This document shows, one piece after another, positions 11,901 through 19,854 of a DNA stretch of 64,000 bases (position 1 is its first letter; each line of letters opens with the position of its first letter). This stretch comes from Thermodesulfobacteriota bacterium. Its GTDB lineage: Bacteria > Desulfobacterota > Desulfarculia > JACQYL01. The DNA is taken from positions 1,280,001 through 1,344,000 of the forward strand of contig CAXXLZ010000002.1 in assembly GCA_963675595.2 (NCBI GenBank), written 5' to 3'. The translations under genes were made by a program, and so were the position numbers. The notes beneath the pieces were generated by a model, which searched no databases, was not told the DNA's origin, and worked only from the letters and a program-made list of their open reading frames with translations.

Positions 11901-11963
11901 CGATGGGGCCCACACCCGGCCGCCTCGCCCCAAAAACGCCCCGTGAGAGTAGACACCCTGTAA
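8913..11963 (+). CDS. dnaE2: Error-prone DNA polymerase III alpha subunit DnaE2 (ImuC)
   Basis: PHP HLHVHSHYS/LTDTN; GRGSAA; PDIDVDF; KVDLLG; YSFCKPHSASYA; C-terminal OB fold; SOS cassette context. Confidence 0.9.
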   Translation: MTGAFVHLHVHSHYSFLWGTHSMEGLCAGAAKAGMESLALTDTNGLYGLIRFLDAARRHRIRPLVGALVKTDAESAVVLVKTARGYELLCKLLTQRHLDARFSLAAEMPTAPGDLAVLTSDPTLLKALEGRTDRWVELVPGPQARRALDTARQIALPITASNAVYFADADAHPFHRLLRAIDLNVTLSTLPAGETVSAEQWLKPSSLMARLLPFCPEALRNSALLASRCLTEWDAFRPVFPDYRDARGDHFHLLLDRCRRGIPWRYGSGNEAVEARLAEELDLIRAKGYVDYFLVVADVVRLRPIHCGRGSAAASLVSYLLGITHVDPLRHRLVFSRFLNPKRKDFPDIDVDFPWDERDGLLEELSIHYGPERMAMVANHVGFGARAAVREVAKQYGIPAAEIKNVTRRLSHWTHPARIRERMNSHPKFRGFHPDEPWPEIFRWAARLEGIPRHLATHCGGVIFAPDQVSKYVPVQQSPKGVRIIQWEKDQAEEGGLVKVDLLGNRSLAVIRDALTAVRRNTGRSPDYAALNPLEDPETLELLRRGDTMGVFYVESPSMRQLQRKTGHGDFEHLVIHSSIIRPAANKYIREYIRRLKGGSYRPLHPALGDLLSETYGILVYQEDVVQAAMALAGFDWAEADGLRKVLSKKSPRKLEEYRRRFEEGCLGRKVSRQVIGRVWEMFLSFAGYSFCKPHSASYALVSFKSAFLKAHHPAEFMAAVISNGGGYYTTFAYVSEARRMGLRVTRPDVNQSEWCWTGRGQEIRMGFQQLRGIRRETLEKLLEERQTRGRYRSMEDLLTRLRPSPSDAVILAKSGAMDSLARPFNRPRLLWGLEAWIRRHEGVSPGFFGSIPGSFFDAVPNLPDPPSWKYWEQEEESLGFPLSIHPLTRFDIEAARGPEKIIPASDLANYEGRTVRVLGWPVTRKEVLTRKGEPMEFVSFEDRTTLYEAVFFPEAFRRFCREVDKDRAVILRGRVDSDFGVVSLNVQEVKRLPLKRWGPHPAASPQKRPVRVDTL

Positions 11964-12040
11964 CGGCCCGGCGGCGGAGCGATCCGGGTCCGTGGGTCCG
12001 CCAACCATGAAGGCGGCAATGCGTGCCCGGACTCTTCCCG

Positions 12041-12229
12041 CTATTTCGTTGCCTTGTCGGCCGCCTCTTCGATTTTGTCGCCGGCCTTTTCCAGGGTGTC
12101 GCCCACGTCCTTCACTACCTGATCGATTTTCTCTCCGGCTTTTTCCGCCGGTCCCTTATCATCGCAAGCGCTCAGCGCCAACGTGGCCGTCATCGAGAAA
12201 ACCATCAGCAATCTCAATAGGACTTGCAT
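12041..12229 (-). CDS. Small lipoprotein with charged helical repeats
   Basis: AGGAGG RBS; signal peptide with lipobox LSAC; GPAEKAGEKID motif. Confidence 0.8.
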   Translation of the reverse strand: MQVLLRLLMVFSMTATLALSACDDKGPAEKAGEKIDQVVKDVGDTLEKAGDKIEEAADKATK

Positions 12230-12431
12230 CTATTTTCCCTCCTTTTCGGAAATCCGTATTCAGGTGAGGCGCTGCTTTCCGATCAATATTTCCTTTGCAG
12301 AGAGTGCTCAAAACCAGCCGTTTGCTTCTCAGCTTCCTCTTGCACAATGCCGTGCCTTTGCAGGTTCCCGGTCGCCCGCCCCCGGCTTCCGGCAGGCACA
12401 TCGAAACCCTCGCCGTGGACAAGGCGGCTCC

Positions 12432-13571
12432 TCAGTACATCTCATATCGAAGCAGCCGGCATTCCAGTGGGCCATTGTACAGTATCTTTCTTCGGGAAGT
12501 GCGCAGCCCGATGTGTTTCGCCAAGTCCTTGTCGCCCGTGAATATTTCCACGGTCCAGCCCTTGCATCGATGTTTGAGCACATCCCCCAGCCGCTTATAA
12601 AACGGATGCGATTCTTCGTTCAGTTCCATCCGAAGGCCGTAAGGGGGATTGGTGACGACGGTTCCCCGCTCCTCTGCAGGAGCGAAATCCAGGACGTCCC
12701 ATCTCTGAAACTTCACCACGTCTCGGACCCCCGCCCGACCCGCGTTGTCCGCCGCCCCACGCAAGGCGGACTTGTCCAGGTCCGTCCCGAGAATGCCGGC
12801 GGCCGTGCTTTTGCCGCAACGGGCTCGGGCCTCCCGAACCACGTCGTCCCAGACTTCCTTTCGGAAATCCTTCCAGCGCTGAAAAGCGTAAGACCTCCCC
12901 AGAAGGCCGGGAGCTTTGTCCAACGCAATGAGCGCCGCTTCAATGACGATGGTACCGGACCCGCACATGGGATCCACAAACGGGGACACCCGGTCCCAAC
13001 CGGAAAGCAGTACCAAGCCCGCAGCCAGAGTCTCCTTCAAGGGCGCCTCTTTGGCGTCCGCCCGATACCCTCTCTTGTGAAGTCGGTCGCCGCTCGTGTC
13101 AAGACTCACGACGGCCTGACCGCCTGCAACAAAAAGGCTCACCGGCACATCCGGATTGCGCCGATCTATGTTGGGCCTGGAGCCTTTGCTGGATCGCAAC
13201 GCATCACAGGCCGCGTCTTTCAGCTTTAGAGCGGCGTACTGGGCGTTCCGGAGCGAGTCCGTGTCCCTCGTGAACGCATCCACGGCAAAAGTGGTTCGGG
13301 TCGACAGGAATCGATGCCAGGGAAGTTTTCGAGCTTCGCGGTAAAGCGTATCCGCGTCGGGACAAGGAAAGGAGGAAACCTGTTTAAGAATCCGATTGGC
13401 GGTCCTGAGATACATGTTGGCCCGATAACAATCCCGAAGAGACCCCTTGAAAAACACGCCGCCGTGTCCCTGGACCACATCGCGGGCGCCGAGTTCAACC
13501 AGTTCTCTCTCCAGCACCTCTTCCAATCCTCTGGCTGTGGATGCGAAATACAAAGAAGAATCGGAAGACAT
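12432..13571 (-). CDS. THUMP-domain rRNA guanine methyltransferase (RlmL/YpsC-like)
   Basis: GLEEVLEREL, LHKRGYR, EAPLKETLAA, DPMCGSGT, NPPYG. Confidence 0.92.
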   Translation of the reverse strand: MSSDSSLYFASTARGLEEVLERELVELGARDVVQGHGGVFFKGSLRDCYRANMYLRTANRILKQVSSFPCPDADTLYREARKLPWHRFLSTRTTFAVDAFTRDTDSLRNAQYAALKLKDAACDALRSSKGSRPNIDRRNPDVPVSLFVAGGQAVVSLDTSGDRLHKRGYRADAKEAPLKETLAAGLVLLSGWDRVSPFVDPMCGSGTIVIEAALIALDKAPGLLGRSYAFQRWKDFRKEVWDDVVREARARCGKSTAAGILGTDLDKSALRGAADNAGRAGVRDVVKFQRWDVLDFAPAEERGTVVTNPPYGLRMELNEESHPFYKRLGDVLKHRCKGWTVEIFTGDKDLAKHIGLRTSRRKILYNGPLECRLLRYEMY

Positions 13572-13862
13572 GTGGGGGTCCCTTCAAGCTCTTTATGATA
13601 ATGGCATTTCCTCCGGGCGGTGGTTCACTTTCCGGCTTCCTTGGTGAGAAGGCGGCTCGTCCACCCGGGCTCGCAACGTATCCCGTATCCACAATATAAT
13701 CCGCCCATAGGGAGCCGGGTCAAGGCGCAATGCAACCTGCCGACCGATTCTCGTCACACGCCGCAGTTCCCGCGTCGGGAAGATTTCGCTCGGGGTTCCG
13801 GCCGATTCAAGGAATATGCCGAAAGCCGATCTCCAAAATCCAACCAAAACTCCCCACCATCA

Positions 13863-13929
13863 TTGACATATTCACGATACTTCCCCTATGATTGGATGCA
13901 TTGACAAGAAGGCCTGTCACGATAAAGAT
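13863..13929 (+). promoter_or_regulatory. Tandem sigma70-like promoters upstream of the BY-kinase gene
   Basis: TTGACA-N18-TATGAT (13863-13892); second TTGACA at 13901 overlapping the palindrome TGACA-N8-TGTCA. Confidence 0.45.
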
Positions 13930-13973
13930 ACCCGTTCAACTCACGGAAACGTTGACCGCTTGGAGGAGTACGC

Positions 13974-14627
13974 ATGGGCCTGTCGTCTTCCGGCAAAATC
14001 GAGGTCATGACGGAAATCGCGGAAGCGAAACGTATTTATTCGGCGCTTGAGCACGGGTTGGCCGGCCCGCAAAACGGCTGCGTGGTGGTGAGCAGTTCCT
14101 CGCCGGGTGAAGGCAAGTCGCTGACCTCCGCCGGAATGGCCCGCTTGGCCTCCTGCCACGGGGCAAAACGGGTCTTGTTGATGGACATGAATTGGTATGC
14201 TCCCACCCTCGACGCCGTCTTTGGAGTGGAACACGGTTTTTCAGTCAGAGACCTTGGATCCGACCCGTCCTTGTCCGATCTGGTGGTTCCCACACCATAC
14301 GAGAACCTTCATCTGCTGCCGGCGCCGAAAATGGACGTTGCCGGATTCACCGTGAACAGCAAGGAATTCCTTCTCGGAAGTCGATTAATGCAGGAAGCCC
14401 GCGCCTCTTATGATTTGACGTTGGTGGACACGGCATCCATCTTTCCGACCAACCGAAGGATGATGGATCCCGTCACCCTGGCACGATCTTCCGACGGCGT
14501 ACTGCTCGTCGTTCTGGCGGGGGTCACTCCCCGACAAAAGGTCAAAGGAGTGGTGAGCATTCTCAGGGCTTCCGGTCCGCGAATCGTCGGAGTCGTGGTC
14601 AACCACTGGAAGAATCCTCTTAAATAG
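13974..14627 (+). CDS. CpsD/CapB-family bacterial tyrosine kinase-like ATPase
   Basis: GGAGGAG RBS; Walker A SSSPGEGKS, A' VLLMDMN, B LVDT; SDGVLLVV...GVVVN. Confidence 0.85.
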   Translation: MGLSSSGKIEVMTEIAEAKRIYSALEHGLAGPQNGCVVVSSSSPGEGKSLTSAGMARLASCHGAKRVLLMDMNWYAPTLDAVFGVEHGFSVRDLGSDPSLSDLVVPTPYENLHLLPAPKMDVAGFTVNSKEFLLGSRLMQEARASYDLTLVDTASIFPTNRRMMDPVTLARSSDGVLLVVLAGVTPRQKVKGVVSILRASGPRIVGVVVNHWKNPLK

Positions 14628-14672
14628 CACGTTCGACCATAAGTATTCGTCTTCTCCTTCGGAGGAATATCC

Positions 14673-15455
14673 ATGGGGTTTTTTGTTAAAAGATACGTTT
14701 CCGCCGTTTCCGCTCGACGCGCCTGGTTTCTGTTGGCTTTGATTCCACCTCTGGTCTACTTGGCGTTGGCCGCCGGCCGTTACGATCGCTACACCATCCT
14801 ACAAGACGTGACGATTTCCAAGTCTTCGCCGGTTTCCAGCGTGAAGGACCCCATCTCTTTCTTCCCCATGGAGATATTGCTCACCCAGCCCGATGACTTT
14901 TTCACCGACACCTTCGCATTGAGAAACCTGGTCGAGCAACTGGCCGCGCGGGGTCTCCTCCGGGTAAACGACGATGCCCAACGACACCTCCGCGTGATCG
15001 TGGCCCGTCATATGTCTCTGGAGATGCCCGACGCGAACACGGCTCAAATCAGTTACAACGGAGACGATCCCGACCTTGGAAAGGCGCTGGTCGGCTTCTT
15101 CGCCGCCCGCTTGGTCACTCGCGCGACGCAAGGTTTGGCCCGCATGGAGCTCGATGCTCGGAGGAACCCCGCGTCCTCTCTGTCCCCCGCTTGGCAAGGA
15201 ACCGTTTCCACCACGGACGAAATCCAAATACGACCGATTCGATCCCTGTGGCGACCTGAACGTCTTCGACCCACCCTTTTCCTTCTGTTCGTAGCCTTGG
15301 CCGCGGTCCTTTTTCTCATCGGGGTTTCGGAATGGACCGACCCCTCCTTCAAGTCCGAAAGGCAGGTTGCACGCTACCTGGAAGTCCCATTGTTGGGTTC
15401 TTTGCCCGATTTGGATCGCCTGTCCGCTTTGGCGGATGAAAAAAAGCGTCCCTGA
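14673..15455 (+). CDS. Wzz/CapA-like two-TM polysaccharide co-polymerase or kinase activator
   Basis: N- and C-terminal TM helices; C-terminal DPSFKSERQVARYLEVPLLGSLP typical of BY-kinase activators. Confidence 0.7.
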   Translation: MGFFVKRYVSAVSARRAWFLLALIPPLVYLALAAGRYDRYTILQDVTISKSSPVSSVKDPISFFPMEILLTQPDDFFTDTFALRNLVEQLAARGLLRVNDDAQRHLRVIVARHMSLEMPDANTAQISYNGDDPDLGKALVGFFAARLVTRATQGLARMELDARRNPASSLSPAWQGTVSTTDEIQIRPIRSLWRPERLRPTLFLLFVALAAVLFLIGVSEWTDPSFKSERQVARYLEVPLLGSLPDLDRLSALADEKKRP

Positions 15456-15735
15456 CCCCCGTCTGCAATCGGGAATTTGTGCTTCCGTAAGACCGTGAAC
15501 GTAATCCGGATTACAAATCCCGTGGTCGCAATTCCAACCCGGAAGCGGCAGACCCGTTCCCGTTGTATGACACAAGAAATCCAAGGTGACTTCCGCGGGT
15601 TACATCTAGCCTCTTCGTTTCGAAAATCCGGCCGGCCGGCTCGAGTATTGCATATCGAATTCGGCATGAGGTTGCATGGTTTCGTGCCGGGATCGGGTTC
15701 CGGGCACGAAACCCCTGAAGTTTGAAAGCGTAAGA

Positions 15736-15764
15736 TTGACAAACCCGCTTACATTCGCTAGATT
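15736..15764 (+). promoter_or_regulatory. Putative sigma70 promoter for the surface protein gene
   Basis: TTGACA-N17-TAGATT. Confidence 0.55.
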
Positions 15765-15933
15765 GATTCAGCATGTACGCAAGTCTTCAGCCACGCAGAA
15801 GACGGGAGAACCTGAGCGAAACCGAGGCTTGGTACAGGCTGTTCCGTGAGGATGAAACGAGATGCGGTCTGCCGGAAGAAACAGAAATCGGGCCTGCATC
15901 GCCCCGAACTCAAGGGGTGAAGGAGGTACGAAG

Positions 15934-18005
15934 ATGAGATCAATCACCATCGCGCGAACGTCGACGTCGCCTTGGATTGTGGCGTTTTCAGTGCTCGTTC
16001 TTTTGGGGGCCCTGTTGGCCCAAAACGCCCAAGGGCTGGAATCGGCCGACACTTCCCACCGATCCGACGGGGAGGTCACGAGCAGACTGATCACCGGCGT
16101 CGGGAGCTACCCCGGGAACTCCGGAGTCATTCATCTGTTCAGTAAGGACCACGAATTTGAAGCCCGGGTCAGAGTGGCTTGGCCGGATTACAACGAAGCC
16201 GACGGGGAGTCCCGGGTCGCAGTCGGCGACATCGACGGCGACGGCAAAGACGAAGTCATTATCGGGCTGGGATCCGCGGCCGTGGATCGGCCCGTCCCCG
16301 GAGGGATATTTCAGATTCTGGACGACGATTTTTCGCACCTTGCCTGGGGCAAGATCAACTGGCCCGACTACAATGCCATCAACGGTGAAACCTGGCCTTC
16401 AGCCGCGGACATCGACGGCGACGGCAAAGCGGAGATCATCGTTGGTCTCGGCATCGGCGGTGAAGGTCGCGTGGAGCTCTTCGACTTTGAGGACGGGGCG
16501 ATCGTTCACAAGGCCTGGTTGAGCATCGAATGGGACGATTACAACGAGGTTTCCGGAGAAACCCGTGTGGCGGGCGGCGATCTTGACGGGGACGGCAAAG
16601 CCGAGATCGTGGTGGGATTCGGCCCCGTGGCCATGGAATCCGCCACCCCCGGCGGCATCTTTCAGGTTATGGGCAGCGATCTTCGTCCTCTCTCTTTCGG
16701 CAGAATTGAATGGGTGGACTACAATACGGTGAACGGCGAAAGCCGACCCGCGGTGGGGGACCTGGATGGAGACGGAAAAGCCGAAATCGTTATCGGACTG
16801 GGTCCGGGAGGCGCCGGCCGCTTCCAGGTGTTCAGCTATACCGGCGGGAAGCCGGTGCCCCGCGACTGGCTTGTCTTCAACTGGCCGGAATACAACGATG
16901 CATACGGCGAGACGCGCCCGGCTTTAGGTGATGTGGATTCCGACGGAAAAGCCGAACTATTTGTCGGTCTGGGGCGCGGAGGAGACGGATGGTTGGAGCT
17001 GTTCGACGACTCGGATAACCGTACGCGTCCCTCTCGAGCCTCCAACTCATGGATACGGACTATAACGCCGCCAACGGCGAAACCTGGCCTGCGGTTGCGG
17101 CACGCACGGCTACGTATGTCGCCCCTTCACAGGAAGTCTATCCGCGCTTTGCGGAGGGGGGAGAATCCGATGCAAACGTCTCTGCAAAAAGCCGCGGAGA
17201 TTCATCGGAAACGCATGCAGGAAGGCAAAGTCCCGTTGCCCAGACTCCGGTTAAGCAGCTGACCGGAAGCCAAACCGCCGGCTCCGGGACAACCGAGACC
17301 TCACCAACCATGTCCGCCGATTTGGTGCAACCCATGAAGACGGTGTCCACCCAGCAGGTGGAACTGGCATGGGATCTGGTCGACGGCGCCACCCAGTACC
17401 GGGTTGAAGTAAACACTAGCGATGACTGGAGCGAAGCAACCCGTGTCGTGTATGTAAGCGACCTCGGGATCATCTCCTCCTACGAGCCGGTGGGGCTTCA
17501 AGCGGGTGTGATCTACTACTGGCGTGTTTGGAGCGGCAACGGTACCGAATGGAGTGACCCGGCCGTGGGTCCCAGTTTCAGTATCACACAAACCGTCTCT
17601 TACACCATTACCGCATCTGCGGGAGCCAACGGCTCCATTTCGCCCTCTTCATCGGTTTCCGTTCCCCAGGGCGGGAGTCAGCAGTTCACGATTACGCCCG
17701 ATCCCGGATACGATATCCAGGATATATTGATCAACGGTTCTTCCATGGGACCGAAGTCGAGCTACACGTTCAGCAATGTTGCCTCCGACCAAACGATCGA
17801 AGCGGTGTTCGCTTTCGTCACACCCGTGTATGATCTTAACAGCGACGGAAGCATCGACATCTCCGACATCATGATCGTCGCATCCAACTGGAACAAATCC
17901 TCTTCGGACGAGGATTACAATCCCATGGCCGATATCAACAAGGACGGACGCGTGGACATTGTGGACATCATGATGATCGGCGCGCGTTGGCAACAAGGTG
18001 GATAA
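15934..18005 (+). pseudogene. Secreted FG-GAP-repeat / FN3-like / Ig-like / dockerin-like protein, split by a 1-nt frameshift near 17020 (pseudogene or sequencing error)
   Basis: AGGAGG RBS; signal peptide; five GD(I/L/V)DGDGK-type repeats; the repeat DYNAANGETWPA continues in a different frame from 17022; C-terminal DLNSDGSIDISD...DINKDGRVDIVD. Confidence 0.75.
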
Positions 18006-18040
18006 ACAACCGAAAGCGGTTATGCTCTCCCGATAACGTT

Positions 18041-18075
18041 CGAGGCGCGCCCCATAGGGACGCGCCTCGTTTCTT
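18041..18075. terminator. Hairpin between convergent genes, probable intrinsic terminator
   Basis: CGAGGCGCG...CGCGCCTCG stem followed by TTTCTT. Confidence 0.65.
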
Positions 18076-18097
18076 GAAGGACTGCGAGCATCGGAAA

Positions 18098-19252
18098 TCA
18101 GGATGAAACGTTCTTGTTCGCCAACAGGCTTTCGTAAGACCTCACTCTTTTCGCCTGTGAATACAGCAGGCTCTCTCCCTCGTCCTCATAGTTTCCACGA
18201 ATCTCGAGGATTTCATCTTCGATATCGAAAAAGGCGTCCACCACGGCCGGCTTGAAATGATTTCCTCGGCCCTCACGGATGATCCCGAAGGACTTTTCCA
18301 CGGAAAACGGCTCCTTGTAGGGACGCTTGGAGGTTAATGCGTCAAACACGTCCGCAATGGCGGTAATTTGCCCCACCAGAGGAATATCGGACCCCTTAAG
18401 TCCTTTCGGGTAGCCGGAACCATCCCATTTCTCGTGGTGAGTCACGGCGATCACCCGAGCCAGGCGCATATACTGCGCGTCGCAACCCTCCAGAATCCGG
18501 GCGCCGATGACCGTATGCTCCTTCATGATCTCCCACTCGTCGGGATCCAGCTTGCCGGGTTTGAGCAGGATGTAGTCCGGAGTCCCGATCTTGCCGATGT
18601 CGTGCATGGGAGAAGCGTACAGAATGTTCTCCACGGTCGTTTCGTTCAGTCCCAGCTTTCGGGCCACCGCAGCGGAATAAAGACTCATGCGCTGGATGTG
18701 CGTCCCCGTGTCCTCATCCCTGAATTCCGCCGCCCTGGAGAGGACATAAATCGTCTCCAGGGAGGCTCTCTTGACCGCGTCGAAAGCCCATCGCAATTGC
18801 TCGGTTCTCCTGGCGACCTCCGCCTCCAGTTTCTTTTGGTAATTGCGCATATAGTCGTTATAGGCCTTCACTTTGAGCAATGAGCGCACTCGCGCCCGCA
18901 ACTCCGTCTTGTCTACGGGCTTGCTCAGGAAATCATCCGCTCCCGATTCCAGCGCCTTTACGCGATCTTCCACTTCCTTGAGGGCGGTCACCATGACGAT
19001 GGGTATGATGGAAGTGTCGGGATCCTCCCGCAGCTTCCTAGCCGTCTCGAAGCCGTCCATACGAGGCATCATGACATCAAGCAACACGATATCGGGCCGC
19101 TGTTCCTTGACTTTGTTCAAGGCCTCCAACCCGTCTGCGGCCAGAAGAACCCGATAACCCATGGGAAGCAGAAGGGCTTCCATCAGCCTGAGGTTTCGAC
19201 TATCGTCGTCCACCACCAGTACGGTGGGTTTGTATTCGTTTTCCGCCGACAC
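18098..19252 (-). CDS. Response regulator with HD-GYP c-di-GMP phosphodiesterase domain (RpfG-like)
   Basis: VLVVDD, LLDVMMP; MHDIGKIG; HHEKWDGSGYP; start taken at GTG after AGGAG (upstream extension possible). Confidence 0.93.
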   Translation of the reverse strand: MSAENEYKPTVLVVDDDSRNLRLMEALLLPMGYRVLLAADGLEALNKVKEQRPDIVLLDVMMPRMDGFETARKLREDPDTSIIPIVMVTALKEVEDRVKALESGADDFLSKPVDKTELRARVRSLLKVKAYNDYMRNYQKKLEAEVARRTEQLRWAFDAVKRASLETIYVLSRAAEFRDEDTGTHIQRMSLYSAAVARKLGLNETTVENILYASPMHDIGKIGTPDYILLKPGKLDPDEWEIMKEHTVIGARILEGCDAQYMRLARVIAVTHHEKWDGSGYPKGLKGSDIPLVGQITAIADVFDALTSKRPYKEPFSVEKSFGIIREGRGNHFKPAVVDAFFDIEDEILEIRGNYEDEGESLLYSQAKRVRSYESLLANKNVSS

Positions 19253-19482
19253 TTCTGCTCCTGTCTTAGGCAGCCCATTGTCGAGAGATCGCCGCCCATC
19301 CGTTTCGCCGGGAAAACCCGCCGACCGAAGCCCCCCTTCAGCGGTCTTTCGTCGGGCCTCGCCTATGGAAGAAACGGCCGACATTTCAAGGGCCGTCATG
19401 GCATAGCGGCCCGCACCTAACCTACAGGGTATTGCCCGATCTTCCAGGATGCGCTCGTTCGAAATCCCGATATTCCGAAGGG

Positions 19483-19854
19483 TCAAACCAGAATTTCGGC
19501 GATGCTTTTCATCAGTACCCGAGTGTCAATGGGTTTGCTGATGTATCCGGTGCATCCGGCCGCCAGTACCCGCTCCCTCTCTTCGTCCTCGGAAAATCCC
19601 GAAAGGACGAGAATCGGAATCTCTCTCGTGGCTTCATCCTGTTTGAGAAGCCCGATGGCCTGAATGCCGTTCAGCTCCGGGAGTTGGATATCCATAAGGA
19701 TCAAATCCGGGATCTCCGCCTTGGCGGTGTCCACTCCCTCCCGGCCGGTTACCGCCTCCACGGTGGCGTACTCATACGCCTGAAGCAGATCCCTCAGAAG
19801 CGTGCGGTTCATCCGCTCATCATCCACAATAAGAATCAGTTTCCGAGCTCTCAT
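19483..19854 (-). CDS. Single-domain response regulator (DivK-like)
   Basis: ILIVDDE, LMDIQLP, AGCTGYISKP; GGAGG RBS; 4-nt overlap with the upstream kinase. Confidence 0.9.
   Translation of the reverse strand: MRARKLILIVDDERMNRTLLRDLLQAYEYATVEAVTGREGVDTAKAEIPDLILMDIQLPELNGIQAIGLLKQDEATREIPILVLSGFSEDEERERVLAAGCTGYISKPIDTRVLMKSIAEILV

Noticed and set aside
12183-13229. Long antisense ORFs (also 22265-23374, 30858-32204, 58153-59205, 10926-12008)
   Set aside because: Each mirrors a well-supported gene on the other strand, as expected from codon bias
16200-17100. Regularly spaced GACGGCGACGGCAAAG-like repeats resembling an array
   Set aside because: They encode the FG-GAP DGDGK protein repeats and vary at synonymous positions; not CRISPR
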